Source: Lingula anatina (lineage: Eukaryota; Animalia; Brachiopoda). Taken from it: a stretch of 64,000 nucleotides of DNA. The first letter of the stretch is position 1. Every line of letters begins with the position of its first letter. Location: positions 40,492,401-40,556,400 of the forward strand of contig CM120641.1 of assembly GCA_051362555.1 (NCBI GenBank), given 5' to 3'. Below, piece after piece: positions 11,401 through 25,584 of this stretch. Under the pieces are notes generated by a model. That model was not told the origin of the DNA and did no database searches. It saw only the letters and a list, made by a program, of their open reading frames with translations. The translations under genes and the position numbers were made by a program.

Positions 11401-14400
11401 ACAAACTCACGATTATTGTTTAAAAACAACAATGATATTAACACTCACTGAACATTGTCAAAATCATCTCATCATTAAGGTCTTTAATTGAGATAAATGT
11501 ACTATAATATATATCTTCTACATGTTATTAATGTTAAATTAAGGGAAAAACAATAACTTACTATATTGCAGAATCATTCAGTTCATATTCATAACCCCTT
11601 GCAACAGCTAACTGAACTCCACGATCCCGCCAAAGTCCTTTTAATGCATTTGATATGAACGGCAGCATGACATGGTTTTCATCAAAGCACCTCTGACAAG
11701 ACAGCACTGTTTGAGCATGCACCTTTAAATGAAGGGCAATCAAGAGTTTAAAAAAATAGTTCAATTTTAAATATTCTCATTGAACTGGAAAAACATATAA
11801 AATTATACAAATAAAAATTCACCAAATATTCATCTTACAAGATTCCATGAATTCCTCATTCTAATATCTTGCTGAGAGATCCCTCTGTATCCCTATCTCT
11901 CATTTTTTTCAAAAATAAAACCTTTAACATTCTTTCTTTGTAAGAGTATTTGAAAAAACATTCACAATCCCACCATCCCATGGCATGGCAGAAAATCCAA
12001 CATACCTTATTTTTAGGGTTTTCTAAATTGATCCTTAGAAGTCCCATCCCATTTAGGACATACTTCATAGAACTTAGGAGATTGTCCAAAACAGTTGTCT
12101 GTAAAGAATTTAAAGATCTAAAATATATATTCAGGTAATTGCAAATCATTTGACAGCAGGCAAAAGTATTAATATTTTTAAAATGAAATAATTTAGAAGC
12201 AACACAATGGGGACATGCTTTCAAATTGAAAATTATAACACACATAAATGAAACTATGATAAGATCTGATTTGAAATTGAAACTGCACATTCATTATCAG
12301 TTTCTTCTAAAAATAAATGTCTTATATTACCCCCCCCCTCCCCCAGGACACACACATAAATATTTGACATAATTTGTATATTGAAAACTTTTATCACAGT
12401 GGTGATCTGAGTCATAACACCTCTGTTGGTAGGAATCAAAAGCATTCTCTTATCAACATTTATCTTGTTTCACCTTCTTGTGACTGCTGACTTAATCTTC
12501 ATTCATGCAGATAACAAAGTAATAACCTTCACAAAGGGAAAGTCAGGAGGACTGAAATTTTTGTCCAAAATATTCAATGTCTTCCTTGACCCACAATCAA
12601 CTTACTCACCCAGTTTTGTTTGTAGTGCAGACAGAATACCAGAAACTTGATGAAACATTGAATCTCTACTTAGCTCTTTAATAGAAATATAACAAATTGA
12701 CAGCTTGCAGATGAATGGATGTGTCTAGTGCCCAAGATATTTTTTTCTCTCTACAATTCAGTATATAGGCTGTAAATAAAGCAGCCAAACAAAGCAGCAG
12801 TCTTTTTATATTCAGGTAAATCATTAAAATGCCAGGGTAGTTTAATATTCATCTTGTAAATATACCTTAAAACTCTGCAGTTCCTCCATTGTGAATCCAT
12901 CATTATGGATTATTTTCATCTGCTTTACTAGAGTGCTCTTTCCACTTTCCCCAGCACCTATAATAAAAAATCCAAAGTTTTGTTACTTTAATACGTACAG
13001 CAAATAATGCTCCATAATATCTTTGCAATACAGAAATAAAGGAAAATGATTTGAATTGCAGAGTGCTCTTAACTCTCCAGATTCTTTTAAAAACAAATGT
13101 GTAGTTTTAGGCTTCATTCACATGGAAAGTATATTTTCTAAAAATCTATTTTCTATTCGCGGTATATCTTGTGATCACGGTCTGATTTTTAGAAAATAGA
13201 CTTTCCATGTGAACGAAGCCTTATAAGATGAAGTTTAGAGCTGAGCTGTGATATTAATATAGTCTTCTAAGTTCCCATACCTAGAATAAAAACATGTTAC
13301 TTAAACATAAAAAAAAAACATTTTAATTCATATACAATAAAAAAAGGAAACAACATCCCCCCAAAATGCTTTGAAAGAATCCTTCAAATTTGGAACATTT
13401 TTATCACAGGTCACTTTGGTTTCATGTGCATTCTTTTGAGTACATTTGTGACAAATTCCAAGAATGGTGGCATATGTTCCAATTATGATACTGATAAAGT
13501 GTTTTGTCCACAAACCACTTTAAATGCAGTGTAAACTGTGATTGCCCTCCACACCATAGTGATTATCCTATTTTGAACTTTTTCTGGTGTATCATGACCT
13601 CATAAACCTCTGATAAAGAAAATATAAAGCCACACCTTTCAATATTAATCCAAGTGTTTTATTGTTTCAAACACGTTATGAAAATTTCAAAATAGTGAAT
13701 CACTGCAAAATTGACATTTTAATAAAAAATTACACCTGGGGAATAGAAACCATAATTATCTGTTTATTTACATGTTTAAAACATGGTAATACTTATTTAT
13801 TTCTATAGGGAAATAAATATCCAATTGAAGTCATAGGAGGAAATTTTCTGTTATCGAAATTCTATTAGTATAAATATTTTGATTCAATAAAATTTAATTA
13901 CTTTCATGTGGAATGATTTACATATTTAATTTTCAAGAATAAAAAAAAATATGAAAAAAAGTATTTGGACAGTGATATGATTTAACCCAGTAAAATTTAT
14001 AGGGGACATTAATGGAAAAGTACAAAAAAATCTGTTTTCATAAAGTATTGCACATAATAGTTGGCTCTATGCCTTTGAGGTGAACAGGTAAATACACTCT
14101 GGGTAATTAATAAGTTAGTATTCAAATATAAAATTAATAGGAATGAAAGCAATGAGTCACTTCTTGCTTCAAATTTGATAATGCTATACACTATAAATCA
14201 TTCATCAAAGTGTGGATTTCCTTTCTTGTATATATTCTAGATAAAGATTACTGAAAAAAAAAATTTATGTGAGCACATGTACAAAGCAAATGAGACTAAC
14301 AGTCACTAAGAAAGAGACTGTTACATTATGTCCAAGCACAAAAGTGAAATGGATATTTTGAAACTAAAATTATCAAACAATTCTCTCCTATAATACAACT

Positions 14401-15632
14401 TCCACTGGCAACACCTGGTCATGTAATACTAGTATTTGTATGAACATACCACACAGATGGAAGCTGCTTGTGGTGTCACATATGCTGACATATCACTTGA
14501 TATACAAGTGACATAGACACAGAGGCTACATAAGTCAGACTGTTTAATTGCTAAAGTAGATATATAGGTTAAAATTTAAGGCTTAATATCAATTAAGTTG
14601 ATCAGTTAATTGAATCTAAACCTTTTATATAATGAAAGGCTTAAAACCGTTCACTTGTCTTTCTTAAATGCCTTTCTCACAATTAAACGAGACAGTTTTA
14701 TTCAACCCTTTTTTAAGTTTTAGAGAAATATGAAACACCAGTTGTTAGGGATGAAATCTTAAATGTCAAACATCATTTAAAGACAGGTCTGTGACCTTAA
14801 ACATATGGCCAATTGCTTATATATGTGTTTCAAACCCAGTACTGAAACTTGAAAAAGGACCATACTTTTGTTTTGATAAACTTACAACATGTACTAGTAG
14901 TTTGTGAACAGAGCTTTTTTTCACAAAGATGTTATTTACAATACATTAGATTGGCTCCTCATGCTTTAAAACTTTAATTCATATTATTATAAAAATTATG
15001 TATGATATCCTTGCTGGATCTCTTACCTTTAAAAAAAAAGGAAAAAAATACATTGCATATTTAATTTCCTTTTTCATATGAAACAGATCCAATTTGTAAC
15101 AAATAAATAGGTTCTTGGTTATTCAATCTGAGAAAGGCATTGATAAAACAAAGCTGCATTCATATTATATGGCATCACATTTTTAAACATATCAACAAAA
15201 AATATACAGCACTTAAAATGGTCAATCCTAATGCCAAACTTGCCTGCTACACATATGGCATCTTATCAAAATGTTCAGCTCATCTGAGAATCACAAGAGA
15301 ATAGTTAGAATACTTTGTGCATATTTACTGTTTAATTTTTAAAAAAGGTATAATTATTTCAATTTATTCCCCAGCAAAGGTACAACTACACAATCTACTA
15401 AATAACGAAGGTATTTTATTGACATTCCAAGACAAATAATAATAGTAGGATTGTTACAAGCTCACTGTGCATTACTTCCTTGTGAAATTTTATAGTTAAT
15501 GAACTCACCTAATAACAATATTTTGATAATGTGACTCTCCTCTCTCGCCATTATCTGAAGTGCACGGTCTATTTCTTCACTTCTTGCACGAGCTTTTCGC
15601 TCTTCTTGGTCCAAACTCAAGCACGCACCCAT
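8458..15632 (-). CDS. GNAV1: Heterotrimeric G protein alpha subunit, class V (Gv), 9 coding exons, 359 aa
   Basis: Exons 15509-15632, 12866-12957, 12006-12098, 11562-11722, [10716-10844 or 10159-10287], 9576-9705, 9329-9400, 8970-9057, 8458-8648 (1080 nt). G boxes [28 protein letters not shown]. Helical-domain segments [23 protein letters not shown] and [12 protein letters not shown], plus SGRHMRYY and the [10 protein letters not shown]-terminus, resemble Gv as recalled rather than Gi/Gq/Gs/G12. Confidence 0.88.
10159..10287 (-). CDS. GNAV1: Gv alternative exon 5B (129 nt, phase 2-2)
   Basis: TCACAG|C...TTCAG|GTAGTT; encodes [42 protein letters not shown]; TACTAAC upstream at 10356-10362. 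Confidence 0.85.
10716..10844 (-). CDS. GNAV1: Gv alternative exon 5A (129 nt, phase 2-2)
   Basis: TTACAG|C...TTCAG|GTACTA; encodes [42 protein letters not shown]; no stops. Confidence 0.85.
13110..13220. mobile_element. PIF/Harbinger-like (Tourist-type) MITE, 111 bp
   Basis: 37-bp terminal inverted repeats (13110-13146 / 13184-13220, 35/37 match) beginning GGCTTC(A/G)TTCACATG, with TTA on both flanks (3-bp TSD). Confidence 0.75.
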
Positions 15633-16664
15633 TTTTAAATCCAAGTGAGAAAAAATTATCAAGTCACATACATTTTCAAAGTATGTCCGATGTCAAAACA
15701 GGGGTCTTGTCATGGGTGTTCGCATGGGTTAGGGCACATTTTGAAGTCCGTCTAATCAGCAAACAGATACCTTTGGTTGTTATCCTTGTAGTGTATCCCT
15801 ATGATGTAAGTTGTAAACTCCTTGTTTTTTATCATTTCAATACCAAATTAGTTCAAATAAAAGCATATCTAGAACAAAATTACAACACAACAATATCATA
15901 AACTTTCAAAATCATGAATAGCATATCAAATCGAGGCTAAGTGCTTTGAAGACTCCAAACATAAAAGAGCCAAACAAGCACGACAGGTGCTCGATTCACC
16001 TGTTTTTGTTTATAAATATTCTTATTATTTCGTTGCACGGGATCTTTTATAATAATACACATATCTGATTAATAATAAGTAAAGTCCATTTCTACAGACG
16101 TGGTGGAAGCTGTTAACTTTTCTAAATTAATTTTGATAATTATAGTTATTTTTAATAAAGATATTTTTCAAAGAAGACGCCAATAGGGCCGCCCAAACTA
16201 GGTTTGATGTACTTTATGCTGAAGATGACTGTTCTCTGCCCGACATTCGTCATCCATAACAAACCAGAATGATAATGCTGGTCATGGCAGGAGTTAACGC
16301 GTTCCACTTTAAAGAATTATAGAACTCGAACTGATGATTAATGCTAATTTTTGTCTCGAACTGCCACAAATGCACAGAGCGGGTTTCAGCACGGTAAACA
16401 AAGATAAAAATTCTTGATAATTATGCTGTAGCATTGCTTTTTCTTTTTCTTTTGGGGGGGGGGGGGAGAGAGAGTTGTATAACAAGTTGTTATGGTTTTA
16501 ATGAAAGAAAATTGTTTAATTATGTAACTTAGGCAAATGATACATGCATATACTGGTCCAAGGTAATTCATATTAATTTTCTTGTATTAAGAATTAAAAC
16601 TTTCAGTGTGAAAATCGCTCCAGGGGAATTTATGCTTGGTTCAACAAATGTATAATACTATATT

Positions 16665-16912
16665 ACTAGGAAATCACTCAGAACCCTCTCCTAATTGGAC
16701 AAATAAAAATAAAGACTAGTAATTTAACTATAACCTGACCATTATTTAATAAATGGATCATCACCAAATTCTAATAATTTTCAAGCTAACTTATTTCTGA
16801 CCTATCCTGAAAAAAATCACCAAAATCCCTCCATAACTTGAGTTAGGCTGGTGACAGACAAATAGACAAATGCAAGTAAAAATATAACCTACTTAATTAA
16901 CAGAGGTAATAA
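16665..16912 (-). mobile_element. Degenerate Helentron/HINE-type non-autonomous element
   Basis: Minus strand begins TTATTACCTCTG..GTAGGTTAT, then a (TGTC)-like tract, a core GTTATGGAGGGATTTTGGTGATTTTTTTCAGG, and ends GGAGAGGGTTCTGAGTGATTTCCTAGT. This resembles, from memory, the widespread 'ttattacctccgccaaggaggttat...ctagtt' HINE-type repeats. Confidence 0.5.
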
Positions 16913-17819
16913 TGTGTTTAGTGGAAGAAACTTATTTTGAAGAGGATGCTTTTAATTGTATATTTTATTGGACATCTTATACTGTTCCACAAACTTCTGT
17001 GACATGTAAGTATTAACATCAATACTCAAGCATTGTCCAGACATACTAGGTTTTACCTAGATTTCAATTGTCAAAGGTGTTTTAAAAATCCATTTTAATC
17101 ATATATTGTTTGCAACTGGATTTGATTTGTATATGTTCATAGTCACATAAAAAGTTTGTAAAAGTTTAAAACAAATGCTTAAAATTACTTTACTTTATAA
17201 ATCACTGATATTTCAATCTTAAAAAGAAAATCAGACTGGACTACTGGTATCCATGCAGACATTAAAATAATTGATCCTTATCATTATTAATCAGTAGAAA
17301 AAACACATTCACTAAGATCTGAAAAAAAGAAAACAGAAAGAAACAATTTTAACACCAAAATACATAAAAGGCTTAGCACACTTATTCTTCACCCCCTTAT
17401 TATAAACTCCTGTTTCACTGACAGCTGATCTGGTAATTGATTCACCTCTTTTAAGAAAACTGAGGTTTCTTTCAGTGTGACTTTCAGATGCATATGGGAA
17501 ACATGCACCAATCTGTATAGGACCTTTAGCTTATAAAAAATTGGGTAGCCAGATTCAATGTCCCTGGAAAGGTGAAAGTTGAAAAAAAAGAAGATTTGGA
17601 TTTATTCAGTTTGTCCTAAATATTTAGATGCCTGAATCCATTCATTCATTCAGGACAAAGCAAACTGGTACAGACTTTGAATAATATCAGTTCACCAAGG
17701 GCAATTGAACTTCACTAGAGCAAGCTTGTAGCAGTCTATGATTTGTTTGATTATTTCAAAGTAACATCTCAAAGCCATACAAAGATGAGTCCAGGTGTTA
17801 TAGGGTGTGGATGTCCAGT

Positions 17820-20800
17820 CTATGTTATGGTAGATTTCTGTGTGCCAGCTGCTGCTTCTGCCCCAGTCACATGTCCAGCAGCTACTGTGGTTACACCTGT
17901 GTTGGCAGAACCAGGATCAGGAGCCCCAGTAGAGCCAGATCCTGATGCTGCTGGTTCTGCTGATGCCGCAGATGGAACTGATGCTGCACCAGATAGTTCT
18001 GTTCCCCTGTGCCTAGATTTTCTATTTCTCTTGCTTGGTTTCTGTGGTTCGTTTTGCGGCCTCATGTGGTGTCCACTTTCCATGGCCTTCTTTTGTGCCC
18101 TTGATGATCGCATATTCTGCGCTACTGCACTTACGTATGGGTAAAGCTTTACTATGGTTCCTACTGCTTTTGTTCTGCCTTCTCTAAACACCATTCGCAT
18201 ATTCTGCCTTAGATATTCTGGATTTTTTATAAAACGAAACTTGACAGATGCTTTGTCACCAGTGCGTAAATGTTCTGTGCTCATTGAAATAATGCTGGCT
18301 GTCTGTCTCACACTCCCAACATGAACTGAAATGTTTATAACATGTATAGTTATTAGCTTTCACTGCAGCCAAATAATTGCATCAAAGTAGAATGACTGAC
18401 TTTCTTTCACTGATTTACTTTTTCTTTTTTTTTTTTTTTTGCAAATTACCAAACTGTAACTTGATCTATTAATGAATCAATGTGTCTGTCTCGTCAATAT
18501 TTTATAAAATTGCAAATTGTAAAAGACCTACCCATAGCCTGATATTTGCAACTTATTGTTGTGGGGTGATGGAGCACAAGCACCTCAGACTCAAACTCCC
18601 AGCATGCAGTGGGATTAAGAGCAGGGGAAACCATGACCATCCCTTTGCGTATATAAGATCTCTTTATCTGTAAGAAAAAGACAGGCATATGAAAAATTTA
18701 AAATTTAATTGAATCTGATCAGAATTTCAGTCAATAGGACAAGTCACAAAATAAGTTAGATTTAATTGCATTTATCTTTCAGCTAATGTTAACATTTGAT
18801 GCATTTAACAACTTAAAATTCTTCATTGTATCGTAATAGGTAACCAAATTATGACAAACACTTTGATTCTCATATTTTTCATTGTAAGAGGCAGCTAACA
18901 AATGCCAACATCCCTTTATGCTTCTACTGTTTTTACATACCTTCTTTAGAGCAAAAGATGCCGTTTGTCCTCCGCGCACCTCCTTCACTGGCATTCTTTT
19001 CCTGTGTATGCTCTTCACTGGCACAGGGATGAATTCTCCTAGCGAGTCTGGCCCCAGCAGCATGGTGTCATTTAGCCGGATGACACCTTTCAGTGTTGTC
19101 CCTGACACAACAGTGCCTACACCCTGAAGGGAGGAGATATATAGACTTATACTTGTATTTGATATATCCTCCGAATGTTGTTGATGGGACTATTTGTTGT
19201 TGTTTTTTTTTAACATCTTTGTCATTCATTATGTTGCTGTATCAAAATCTAATGCTGCACATATATTCATAATTTGGACAAAAAGATTCTTAAATTTAAT
19301 AAAGAAACCATTCACTATGAAGAATCTTTAAACAAACTGTATGATATTGGCAAGAAAATAATCTCTCACAATAAAATCATACCTGGATTAATAATTTGAT
19401 ATTTTTTGTACATGCACATTCAAACCTTTAGGCAAAACACAAACATCTACTTAATTCACTCACAGGCACAGAAAATGTGTCATCTATTTGAAACTCTGCT
19501 GGTTCATGCTCATTGAAGTGTATCCTTGGTGCTAGGAGATTTAAAAACATGCGGAGTAGCTGGAGATTTTCTCCTGTAACATTTGATACTTGAAATATGG
19601 GGCAGATTCTGCAAATAAATAATGAATATCTCTTATCAATACATGATATACATTTCTCTTGCATTGCTTTTAATTGTGGTACCATTTCTTTTTAGACATG
19701 ATTGTGATATGTTTAAATATTTATTTGCAACACAAGATTTTACTATTTAATACAAGTTACATTTGCTAAATCTTAATGTCATCAAGATATGAAATAACAG
19801 TGATGCCAAAATCCTTTCTTCTTGAAATATTGAAAAATTTTACCTTTCAGAGCTAAAATTCACAGCCGATGTGATCACATCATCCTCGGTCTGTACTAGC
19901 ACTGGTATTTTTCTACAGCCTGGTGATTTAAGTACCCTTTGCAGCAGTTTCAGTGTGTCTTGGAGAACATTGGGAGGACACATGTCTATTTTAGTTACAA
20001 CCACAAACACGGGCACACTAAGAGCCAGAGCCAAGCCAAGGTGCTCTTTGGTCATCCCTACAATTCCTGCATTAGCACCAATCTGGAACATTTAATTAAG
20101 GGAGAGTTAATGTTCTGATTTATCCAGTATTCTATGCACTGGACTGGAAAATTAATTAAGTGGCAATCCAATGTGATCAATGTCAATGAGCCAATGGGTA
20201 CTAGTTGCAAGCTTGTTTGTTGTTTTTATAACATATTTTTTTCTTTTTGCTCATTTAAAAAAGAATCTATTATCAAAATCACTTCCAAGTGAAAAGCAAT
20301 TTATGAATGTAAAAACTAAGCACTTTACTCCCTCTCCATTTGGTATGTTACATAAGATAATTTTGACAAAATCATTTATTCTATACTATATTGTTCAATT
20401 CATTACAAAGAAATGCTTAACCTACAAGCCTTACCATTAACATGGAGAAATCAGGGGTGTGGCCTGTCATGCCAAATACTGTGGTCTTCAGGTATCTTTC
20501 GTGGCCAGCTAAATCAATGAAGGTTATCACCTGTAAAGCGTGAAAAATGTATTACTTTAATATATAAATTTAACAACTTAACAGATTTATAAAATGTGAA
20601 TTGAAACAAAAATATACCCTAGTAAACTGTTCTATGACATGCATTCCCACAAACAGAATGCTTGCATCCATAATTGACTCAATTTTGCAAGACTCACCTT
20701 TGAAGACTCTTCACATATCTTGGTCCAGTCTAGATGGCCATGGTCAGGCTTATTGACCACCTGTCCTGAACTGTCAAACCCCAAAATGTCATTCCCTACA

Positions 20801-23800
20801 CTGCTCGTCCTGCCTGACTCCATTTCATGTTTGTGACGAAACAGCTTGAGACGAGCAAAGCCACGCCCATTATCCAACTCCCCATGGGTCAGGACACCCA
20901 GCAGAGTACTCTTGCCTGCATCCACATTCCCAACCACTGCTATCCTACAAACAACAATCAATTCATTTTATTAGAATTTGTTATTAAACAGGTTATATAG
21001 GTTTTAAGTTACATAAATTTACAAAATTTATTTGCAAGCATACACCAGTTTAAGTTGGTAAATGAAAACAGATTTTCTTTAACCATTACTAATAATTAAT
21101 AGATTTCAAATTGAAATGAGACAATTTTTTTCATCAGTTAAACTGCAAGTTTTCTTGTTAGTAAATTCAAGACGCACAAAATGAATTTTTTAACTTCTAT
21201 TCTTGAATCAAATCCTAAGGTGAATACTGACCTCACTTCCATAAAATCTCTTGACTCAGCTCGCTTTCTAATCAGAAATTCTGCAACTTGACCACACTTC
21301 TCACTTTTGAATCTTAGCTCCACACAGTCAGCATTGAGAGTAGCTGCCATGGTTTTTAGTGTTGCTATGGAAGCTTGCATGTCCTCTTCATTTAAGCCAG
21401 GGAGCTCACCCTCTATCAATGTTCACAGCCACATGATTAACAAGCAGTTTGGTTGACATTTGTGTGTGCATTAATGTGATATGTGAATAATTACATTAGT
21501 TGAACTCTCAGTTAAAACAGTTAATATGACGCTTTTAAGGATAAGAAAACCACTTGCTAGTGATAGGTACACACCTCCAATACCAATTTCATAGATGGTC
21601 TCTCCCATTCCACCATAGACTCTTTCCCTTAAATGCTCCAGTAAGAGTTCATACACATCATCACTTGGGCTAACCAAAGCCATCTATTAAAAAAAAATTA
21701 AAGAAATTTATTAAGACAGATTTAACCAAGGTATGCATGACATCAAAAGGATCAAAATTTATTTTTGCATGAATCACAACAAATTTCCAATGCAAGTTGA
21801 AAGCACTAAAATAATGTCAAAACTTCTAAAGATTCATATATTTCCAGTAACTGAATACCTCAATATAAATTCATCAACATGTAAATCTGTTAAAAAGACT
21901 AGGAAGCACACAATGTAGCTCTCGTAAAATCTTACTAAACATCAAGTACAGTACATTACCATCAGAGCATTTAGAATTTTATGGAGGGGAGGGGGTGAAT
22001 TTGCTGTACAAATGCAATAATGGTGCAGTTTTGTTATTTTTTAACCATGCTTCTTTGAGCACAGAAGTGTCTTTTTTTGTTTTGAAAAGCATCTGTGATT
22101 TTATATGAGAAGAATGATGCAACACATGTCCAGCTATGGTATCAATAAAATAATCAAGTTGTGATAGCATCAAGAGATTTATTCAAAGGTAATACCTTGG
22201 ACATAAGTTTGGTCATTTCAGCTCCCATTTCTGCATCAACACCAACATCCTCATCCTCATTTGTGAACAGACTCCCAGCCTGTGGAGGCCTCTCTGCTTT
22301 GCAACTGAGACCAGCTGCACCTGGTAAATGGCAATGTGAAGTGAAATGTCATCCTTCATTAAACAAAAACAATCTGCCATTCTTATCAGAAAAATAAATC
22401 ACATAGAAAACTACATGTGGACAGTTGGTAACAAGAAATATAATCTCAGAATATATTTCTTTCAAAACAATTTCTAATTTTTGTTTAGGAAAAACACTAA
22501 AATGTTCTTAAAAAGACAAAGAGACCAACTGCTTTATATTTATGTTTTAACTCACTCCAAAAAGTCCTTCATAACCAGTCAAAATATATTAAAATCTTAT
22601 CTATAACCTCTACAGATGCCAAATAACCTTTAACGTGTATTGCCCTTTATTTGATAATAATATATGCCAAGCTATCAATAGTCAAAATTAAAAAGAGATA
22701 ATGAATATGAAAAACAAATGTACAAAACATGAAATAGATAAAATGGGTATCATGGTCTATTGTTTAACATACATAAATTATAACATGCATACAGAATTAC
22801 AGTACACACTCTGCACCCAAATATCCCATTGTGAATATATATTCTTTACAACATGTAAATCATTCATATCAAGATCACATAAAAAGTTGACAAAGTTAAA
22901 AGAAAAGTCTATGTCTATCATATTTTTTTTTCTATTTTAGAACAACAACAACAAATGAACAAAGTATTTAAAAGTCTGTCTGTTGTTTTTTTTTCTGTTG
23001 ATTTTGTCTTCTAAATCAAACGAAACTGCCCCCCCCCCCCAAAAAAAAAAAAAATTGTTTTGTTTTGACCACAGTTCTTCAACATACATTCAGTGTATTC
23101 AGTGACAGAACACCAGTAGAGTACTGATACACTTCAGTGATTTCAGACAATGGCTAGCTTCAGATTTTGTCTGAACACAAATCGAATCAAAAGTCTTGCA
23201 AAAATCAATTGTCCACAATCAATGCTAATGGACACAGGAACCAGAAAACTAAGTGTAGGTGACTGAATTCCATGTTGACTTCATTCCAAGGCTGTCCTGT
23301 CTGATCTGGACAGAGGACCAGTCATCGCCCATTGCCATTGGAACACTGTCATGGTTTGAGTGACATAAGTGGCAAGTTCCAGACAAAACCCATAGTGATT
23401 ACATTGATTGAGGATACTAACCTGTATAAGTGTATTGCAGTGAGTGGAGGGCACATGTTACTGACAATAATAATTATGCAAGACTTTTGTATGAATAAGT
23501 ATATTAAAACCATAGATATTTTTAAAAATGTACTCTTTTTTTTGCTAGTATATTTTAACCCCTTTCCATCATATTTCTTATGATTTCAAGGACAGTCTGG
23601 ACTTTTTTGACAGATAAAAATAATTCCAACCAAACCAATACAAAAGAAGACAGTGCATCATGCTTCTTACTACCATGTAATAGCTCCTTATCTAAACTGG
23701 TAAATTGGTAAAACTTTATATTTACAAAAAAGTAAAGTGATCAAAGTGTAAGATAATGATAACCACGAGAAGATCTATACACGGGGAAAAATAAGGACTA

Positions 23801-24379
23801 CAATATCATAAAGATAACAATACATATATAACATGAACTACATCATGCAAACTTATTTAACATGTGTCTATCAACTGCTTCATGTGCAAACATCATTACC
23901 AAAACATAGTTGTTATAAGCCATCAATGAATAATTCCAAAAATGTACTTACTGCCCAATATTTTTAATATTCTACTTTCGTTTCCTGATTGCATAAAAGA
24001 AGGAGAAAGCAATAACAAAATGGACTGATTATATCCAAAGAAATCCCTCTTACAATTCAGATCTGCAAAAATGTCTGCGATAAGCTAAAATGTGTAAAAA
24101 TCTGAACAATTTTCAAATGTTTACGCCTTTAAAGGTAGTTTTTTGTAAGTCATTGTTTAGGTAGTCTGGACGTACTAATTTTTTTGTCAGTTTTATCAAA
24201 TGTGATGGAAAAGTTGGACATGGATTAAGGGAATCAAAACCACTTCAAAAGAATAATAAAAAGAATTGTTTGATGACAACTCTACCTGTTGGTGTTGGTG
24301 AAAGCGGTGTCACTGGGGAGAGGACTTCATCTGGTCCATGTCCATTGCTGAGAAGGGGAACTTCTCTTGCTCCATTCAT
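17820..24379 (-). CDS. GTPBP1: GTP-binding protein 1 (translational GTPase, eEF1A-like), 11 coding exons, ~686 aa
   Basis: Exons 24286-24379, 22196-22320, 21575-21683, 21232-21412, 20698-20944, 20435-20530, 19844-20082, 19464-19608, 18941-19123, 18532-18667, 17820-18325 (2061 nt). Motifs [72 protein letters not shown]. The start exon is the least certain. Confidence 0.93.
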
Positions 24380-25584
24380 TTTCTTTCTTTTTTTTCTATT
24401 TCAGATATTTTTTTATTTTGTCAACCCTGTTTTACACAGCACTCTTTTGTCTGTGCATTTGGTGCTGGAAGTTCAAATACACAGCAACCCACGTTACACT
24501 GCGGTGAAATCACGGCTGTGGAATCAGCTGATTATATCTTATTTACTTAATTGCAAGATGCAACCTTAGATGCGATGGCTATCCTATGCAAAACAGAATT
24601 AAAGTATATGAAACATGTCTACACTTTCCACGGTCTACTTCTTAGGTACTGGGTCTTGCAACAGTATATCACCGGCTGCAAAAATTTAATCCAATGAAAA
24701 CGTCCAAGTTTAAATCACTGCTTAGGCATCTGTCGGCATCTGGAACACTGTAGTCTATAAATCTGTGCGATCTTGTAAGATTATTTATGTACCAAGGCAG
24801 TTATAAACTAAAATAGATTCTGACGCAAGTATAAGAAATGCAATCGCAACTTAGCTTTTAGATGAAATCGAATATTTGGGACCGTGCAGAGTTTGTTTCA
24901 CCACCATGTCATCACTTCTCTCTCTGCGCTTCACCCGCTGCGCACGTCGCTTAAGTTAAAGCTTTTACTAAATAAATATATTATAATCATGGCATAGAAA
25001 TATCCTTATACGGTTTGTGTAACAATTTAGATAAAAACTATTGCCATTTTGCATTCTTAGACTCAGGGTAGCATATTTAATGGTATCTTTTTTGTGGATT
25101 TTTATTTGATATAAGCAGTCATATTTACACGGTTGTGATGACGTTTTCCGCAACAAGGTGGGCTGGGATTTGTTGCCGAGTATACACTGAAACATTTTAC
25201 ACAAAATCCTGCCGCCAACTTTGGAGTGCGTAATATTGCCATTACATCCATGTGTATCTCAAGACAGATGAGCAGAAAGAAGTCACATTATGTGATTTAA
25301 ATTTGTGTTTAATCTGCCGTCGACAGCAGCTCTTCCTATGTTGTTTCTTCCAGGCATCAATGATCAATCAAGTGAATGACTTCGTTTCGGCTTTTACTTG
25401 CTTGATTCATGAGCACTGCAACAGGACAAGGGGATTTTAAGTCTTTAATACTGTATGTGGTGTTATCAGTTATGTCAAGCACAGATGGACGTACAAAACT
25501 GCATCTTATCTACATGTAAATCACTATGATATCCATAGCCAAGTCAAAGGTGACTTTGTCAGGAACTGTGTGATATATTTGGGC

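Noticed and set aside
12600-12660. Strong-looking minus-strand donor (GTGAGTAAGT) with an upstream ATG in Gv intron 2
   Set aside because: The phase does not fit exon 3 (needs phase 0) and the peptide has no G-alpha similarity.
17743-18144. 133-aa plus-strand ORF
   Set aside because: Antisense shadow of the low-complexity last exon of GTPBP1.
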